Assembly (NCBI GenBank): GCA_964016885.1
Contig: OZ024742.1
Location: 200,818,001 to 200,882,000, forward strand
DNA: 64,000 nucleotides
DNA from: Eledone cirrhosa
Lineage: Eukaryota
Reading direction: 5' to 3'
Shown one piece after another: positions 57,554-64,000 of this stretch. Under the pieces are notes generated by a model. The model was given only the letters and a program-made list of their open reading frames with translations. It made no database searches and was not told where the DNA came from. The position numbers and the translations under genes are program-made. Within the stretch, counting starts at the first letter, position 1. The number at the start of each line of letters is the position of its first letter.

Positions 57554-57997
57554 TGCTACTGTACGTCTGTATACATATATGTATGTACGTATACATACAT
57601 ACTTACATTTAAGTAAGTGCCATACTAAGAGTGAGAAATGAAATTTCGTATTCATTTTTTTCAACTTATCGTTTTCGGTATGCCTGACCGATTTAACTCA
57701 CTCAATATGCAAATTAGGCTGCTCAGCCGTTAATTTTCATAAGGAAAGTATATACTTTCGAACGTTCAACTATCTGGCAGATGGGTAAACGGTGCTGATG
57801 ATAGCTAACAAGCTTGAAACTAGTACATCGTTCCTGTGTCAGTGTTGAACAAAAAGGTGACGTGGTTGCCTTAACACCGTATGGCATAAATTCAGGCTGT
57901 TCGCTTTGTTGACAAACAAACGAACAGAGCGGCCGGCGTTATAATAAACGTCGGCTAAACTGATGCGTGCATATATGTATGTGTACCTGTATGCATA

Positions 57998-58049
<52 letters not shown>

Positions 58050-58490
58050 TGCTACTGTACGTCTGTATACATATATGTATGTACGTATACATACATACTT
58101 ACATTTAAGTAAGTGCCATACTAAGAGTGAGAAATGAAATTTCGTTTTCATTTTTTTCAACTTATCGTTTTCGGTATGCCTGACCGATTTAACTCACTCA
58201 ATATGCAAATTAGGCTGCTCAGCCGTTAATTTTCATAAGGAAAGTATATACTTTCGAACGTTCAACTATCTGGCAGATGGGTAAACGGTGCTGATGATAG
58301 CTAACAAGCTTGAAACTAGTACATCGTTCCTGTGTCAGTGTTGAACAAAAAGGTGACGTGGTTGCCTTAACACCGTATGGCATAAATTCAGGCTGTTCGC
58401 TTTGTTGACAAACAAACGAACAAAGCGGCCGGCGTTATAATAAACGTCGGCTAAACTGATGCGTGCATATATGTATGTGTACCTGTATGC

Positions 58491-58553
<63 letters not shown>

Positions 58554-58904
58554 TGCTACTGTACGTCTGTATACATATATGTATGTACGTATACATACAT
58601 ACTTACATTTAAGTAAGTGCCATACTAAGAGTGAGAAATGAAATTTCGTTTTCATTTGTTTCAACTTATATATACATACGTATTTAAAAAAACAAAAACA
58701 AATTGTAGATGCATCATTCTTTTATCGTTTCACCGGTTTGTTATTAGATTACGGTCATCCTGAGGCACAGACTTACACACACACACACATACACACACAC
58801 ATACCTCACCACACTTCTTGTGTGCAAATATGCTCTGTGCCCTTTCCTAAACGTTTAATATATCGAGCTTCTTCGCATTTGGTAAGAAACTGGTATTATA
58901 CCCA

Positions 58905-59800
58905 ATTTATTCATCTCCTATATATATATCATACACGGCACTCTCCCATCCCTCTCTGTATATCTACAACCACCCAACTCTCCCCATCTATATATCTACT
59001 ACAAGGAACTCTCTTTCGATCTACTTCTCCATATCAATTTACACCAAACTCTCCCCATCTGTATATCTACTACACGGAGCTTTCTTCCATTCACCCTCTC
59101 TATATCAGTTAACACCAAACTCTCCTCCTCTCTATATCTACTACACGGAGCTCTCTTCCATTCCCGTTCTCTATATCAATAAACACCAATCTCTCCCCTC
59201 TCTATATCTAATATACAACATATTGTCCCAACCCCTCTCATTATATCAATTACTACCAAACTCTCTCTCTCTATATATATATATACCATACAACACTCTC
59301 TTGCATTCCCTCTCACTATCCATCACTATCAAACTCACACCCTCTCTATATCTACCATACACCACTCTCCCCCAACCTACCACTCTATATCAATTATCAC
59401 CAGACTATCCCCATCTTTGTATCTACTATACAACACTCTCTCTCTCTCATTTCTTCTTACTCTATCCATCACTACGAAACTCTCCGCCTCTCTATATCTA
59501 TCAATGCCTATCTCTATCAATCCTCTCACTATATTCATTACCACCAGGCTCTCCCCCTCTCCACATTAACCAAAAAAACTTCCCCCAATACCCTCTCTAT
59601 ATCATGTAACATCAAACTTTCCCCCTCTTTATATCTACTACACGGAACTCTCTCCCAATACCCTCTCTATATCAATTAACCCCAAACTCTCCCTCTCTCT
59701 CTCTATACGGAACTTTATTCTAATCCCCTTCTCTATAACAATTAACACCACTCTCTCCCGATCTGTATATCTACTACACGGAACTCTCTTCAAATTCCTT
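58905..59800. repeat. Degenerate pyrimidine-rich minisatellite
   Basis: Recurring TATATCTACTACACGGAACTCTCT / ACCAAACTCTCCC with ~50-nt spacing. Confidence 0.7.
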
Positions 59801-60782
59801 TCTCTGTGTAGAAAGGGAGAGAGTGACAAGGATTCTAGTGTCCCAGAAGAACGGGGAGGATGATTGGGCTCTGGTCTTAATACGCGGCAGTAAAATGGCT
59901 GCGCCCCGCGGACTTCACTGCAAGTCATTAGTAGAGTTTATTGGTCGAAGGTGGTGATGACTTTAGTGATTACTCAAATTTACTCGCTATGTTGGACACT
60001 TTTTGTAAAGGATCGCAGAATTCGAAAAAATCTCTCTCATTAGGATATGAAATATCCCTACAATGCCCAAATTTCATCAGTGTGTTCATTTTACATCTGG
60101 TATTACTTTTTTATATAAACTATGTTACAGTACACGCAACCTTCTTATAAATAACAGCATCATTTAATGATGAACTACTTGGTGAGAACTGTGTGGTAAT
60201 ATACGGAAAACTACACGATCGGCCGTTTCCGAATTACCCCTGCTTCATCAGAGATGGCTTGTGCGGAAAATAATATCAGAAACAACCAAAAATGGTAAAC
60301 AACAATAACAAACACATAACGAAAGGTTTGCATTCAGTTTGAACTCACGGGATCATGATGTGAAATAAAAGAAAAAAATGAAATTTACAGCTTACACCTA
60401 TGCCAAACTATCTGGCCCCCTGCGAGGTTGCATCTCTAATGATGATTCTCGGATGTTTAAATGATACTACTATACTATCATGAAATGAAGTGTCTCGCTG
60501 AAGGACTCATCGTTCTATACGGTCAGGAAATAGAGTCCACGATTTTATGATCATGGGAACAAAATATACATTCACATCGGCTATATCGTACTGTATAGAT
60601 TGATATGTTCAATCAAAGCCAATCGATTAATATGCAAGCGCCTTTTGTCCCCTTAAGAACAAGGCCCCTGTGTCTAGCCAGAAATCAATATAACGAAATA
60701 TCGATTAATCCCCTTTCTCATAATTTTAAAAAACATGAAGAGGCCACGGATATATAAAATCGAACTATCACTTTTGTTGTTG

Positions 60783-60840
<58 letters not shown>

Positions 60841-60949
60841 CTTCTTCTTCTTCTTCTTCTTCTTCTTCTTCTTCTTCTTCTTCTTCTTCTGCACCAACTC
60901 GGACACACATATACGTATATATATATATATATATATATACCTTTTACAT

Positions 60950-60993
<44 letters not shown>

Positions 60994-61057
60994 GCAAAAG
61001 TTTTATTTAAGATTGTTTTAAATGGAAGTTGCATTATTACAAGGTATGTCACTAATT

Positions 61058-61190
61058 ATTTATAAAACAGCTTATGTATTGTATTTTGTCTGAGGAAGGC
61101 ATACCATATTTTTAATATGATATCCCAGAAATATATATAACGAAATAAATATGGTTTTATAAATATAGTTTCCATTTGTTTAATATCGTA
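61058..61190 (+). mobile_element. Third, short copy of the 21871 hammerhead family
   Basis: TATTTTGT-CTGAGGA...GAAATATATATA-ACGAAATA at ~61082-61147. Confidence 0.75.
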
Positions 61191-61520
61191 TATATATATA
61201 TATATGTATGTGTGTATATATATATATATATATATCATGAAATTCACCCAGCTTATGCTGACCGGATAACCACCATGTTGCTTGCTGTTTTCCTACCTTC
61301 GGTTTGCTTTTCCTTCTGTTGTTTACTTGTCTCATTCGCTTTACGCGATTCACTTGTCCCAATAGCTTATTTTAGTTATTGCTCGCACCAACCTGAGGTA
61401 TCTGATTTTTAATGCGATGAAATACCAATGATGGTTGGCAAATCACTGATGAGAGACTAATTTTATAATATGTAACCCATGTGCAACCACGCAGTCTTCC
61501 TCTTTCTTCCCATGTTTTTC

Positions 61521-61633
<113 letters not shown>

Positions 61634-61868
61634 GGTACATACATCCATACATTCATCCATACACACACACATATATGTTTTCGCTGAACGACCGTAACAG
61701 TAACATGTACAACAGAAAAATAAAACCAAGACCAAACACTTCATACACATATCAATATCAAATTCGATAATCAATCAGTCTCCAACACCAATTCAACCAT
61801 ATCCCTAAAAACAACTTTGATTGGCTATCTGATCTATCTATATATAGATCGATGCAAAATATATACAC

Positions 61869-61911
<43 letters not shown>

Positions 61912-61912
<1 letters not shown>

Positions 61913-64000
61913 TAGCAGTTTAGCCCGGCGTTGCTCGGGTTTATTCATTTGCTATGAAAAGTTACATACAGGTAAACGTGGCTTGAAAGCGAATAAGCTT
62001 ATCAATTAAGTGCATAAAGCATTTGAACCGGTTATTAAAAGTTACGAACCAATTAGCATTTCGGACAATCAATGATGGGTTAATAATCTTCCAATAGCGA
62101 ATTTCGCAGACCAAAGTGGCAAGATGGTGGCCCTGATGCCGCTGGGTGTCAGATCTGTCCGCCATGGGTGACCCTACCAGGAAATAGTTTTCCAGATGGC
62201 ATAGCTCCAACACCTCCAACACCTGCACCCACATCTATAGCACCTCTTTGTAGACGATATTGCGTGTCATCCCTTGAGGAGTGTAAGCAAAAAGTGCATT
62301 CCTGCTCCCTACGTGGTAACAGGTAACATAAAGTTGACCATGGGAGAAGCACGGCTCCCCCAAATGGATGCCCGCCACCGACAATGTTTGCCCTTGTGAC
62401 TTGTTAATGGACATGGCAAAACATGGTCTAATCGGGAATTGGGATCGCCGGAAATCGAACGGGATATCTGTCGCCGAGAGGAAAAGGTTCATCCTTGGAA
62501 TGAAAACATTCTCCCCTCTCCCGCACCCCGTTACAATGGTGGCCTCAATCAAGTGGGGCGTCATTGACTTGACGACCATGCGAGTACCGTTGCACTGCTT
62601 TGGTGGGCGCAAGTTCCTTATTAGCATAATGAGACCGCCAATCCTAAGCTTAAGAATGTGAGGTGGGAGCCCTGGAGGCTCAAGGGAATTTAATAACTCA
62701 ACCGGATAATTAACGATATCGTCGGGGTCTGACGTCCGGTTGATAGATTTAAAGATATGCTCTTTACCGGGAATTTTCTCAATCAGCTGCTCGTTAATAA
62801 AATTAACCATGGCATTTTTCGGAGCAAGGATGGCTCTTTTGCGGAGCCAATCGAAGTTTTTAAAGTTAGATGAGACATTAGGAAAAACTGCCTCCCAAAG
62901 GTCAGAAGGGCTGCTCACAATGTTGCACAGCGTGTCGATTGCTATTCCGCCCTTGTCATCCGCAGTGACCTTGCCCTCACCAAGTACTAAAATGTTCTGA
63001 GCAAATGCTGCAGACATGTTGTCACCATGCAAATGAGCACGCATATTTGTGCTCAGGTACAAAGTATTCACCTGGAGCCACAACGTGGACGACTTAAGGC
63101 AGGCACGCACTTCATCAGTTCTTGTCCCTTTGGGGATGACAGGCAGCGTTTGCCGAAAATTCCCTGATAGCAGAAGGGTTACGCCACCCATAGGAGCCGT
63201 AGAATCCCTAATGTCTTTCAGGGTCCTGTCTAATGCCTCAAGGGCACCCTTGTGTGCCATTGTGCACTAATCCCAAACAATGAGGCAACATTTTTTGAGA
63301 ACCAGAGCTTCGTGTGAGCTCTTGCTGATATTGAATGTTGGTGTCTCAGTTTTTACTAAATCCAAAGGGAGTTTAAAGGTTGAATGTGCTGTCCTGCCTC
63401 TCGGCAGCAAAGTAGTAGCGATCCCGGACGATGCAACGGCCAACGCAATTTTTTTCTCCTGACGAATCTTAGCGGGAATCAATTTTGTTACAAAGTTTTT
63501 CCGGTACCCCAGGAGCATCGAGAAAGTAAATACTCCCAATCTGATTTTGAACCGCGTCAATGATAGTTAAATAGGCCAACCTTTGGTCCGACAGACGTTT
63601 GGGCTCATTTTCCTCTAAGTATTGGGAAAGAGATTCGATGTCATATGCTATTTCCCGCAACAAATCCGGGACCAACGTGTTAGCTTCATCTGTGACGGTT
63701 GACGGCAAGCCATACGTCGCCAACTCACTCCCACCCATGTCGTGGAGGGCGTGCTCGATATCAATGAGTGCCCTGTTGTAGATAATGCCGCTGTAAGCAA
63801 CTTCCACTGAAGGATACTGCAGATGAGCCATGCGGAGGAAATCCTCAGACATGAAGTCTCTGTACTTGACCCATAAAGATTTGGGATCACCCAATTCACA
63901 CTTTTGAAGCAAAATGGCAAAGAGTTCCCATAGACCTTTAGGTGATTTCAACAAAGCACCCTCTGCTAAAGTGGAATCCCATTGCGAATCATCTTCTAAA
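61912..64000 (-). mobile_element. Helitron 3' half (runs off the window)
   Basis: Minus-strand hairpin CCCGAGCAACGCCGGG then CTAG|T at 61912; PIF1 helicase remnants upstream. Confidence 0.93.
62235..64000 (-). pseudogene. Helitron RepHel PIF1-family helicase domain with stops and frameshifts
   Basis: FLDAPG, AVASSGIA, GRTAHSTFKLP, IVWD*, GNFRQTLPV, LIRNL...CNGTR, FAMSINKSQGQTL, FSHGQLYV. Confidence 0.93.

Noticed and set aside
60220-60260. Minus-strand CTGATGA...GAAACGGCCG as a hammerhead
   Set aside because: No convincing stem I or stem II pairing

Overview
This is a eukaryotic, AT- and microsatellite-rich, repeat-dominated window with no securely identifiable host gene. The SINE families and (TA)n/(CA)n density suggest an octopus or other cephalopod genome; that assignment is inference. 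Mobile elements include two decayed Tx1/L1-clade LINEs, three Penelope-like element (PLE; RT + GIY-YIG) remnants, a mariner remnant, the 3' half of a Helitron plus a non-autonomous Helitron, an RTE-like tail and many tRNA-derived SINEs. The main finding is a set of at least five families of repeats carrying type I hammerhead ribozyme (HHR) motifs (three small non-coding families and two PLE 3' ends), almost all inserted in (TA)n tracts. The largest is a ~4.9 kb array (53751-58667) of ~500-bp monomers with 8 sense and 1 inverted minimal hammerheads, organised as an A-B-B higher-order repeat. This resembles a PLE-mobilised non-LTR retrozyme / circular-RNA system. Nearly all short ORFs in the track are microsatellite translations. 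All structures and alignments were read by eye, and element boundaries are approximate.
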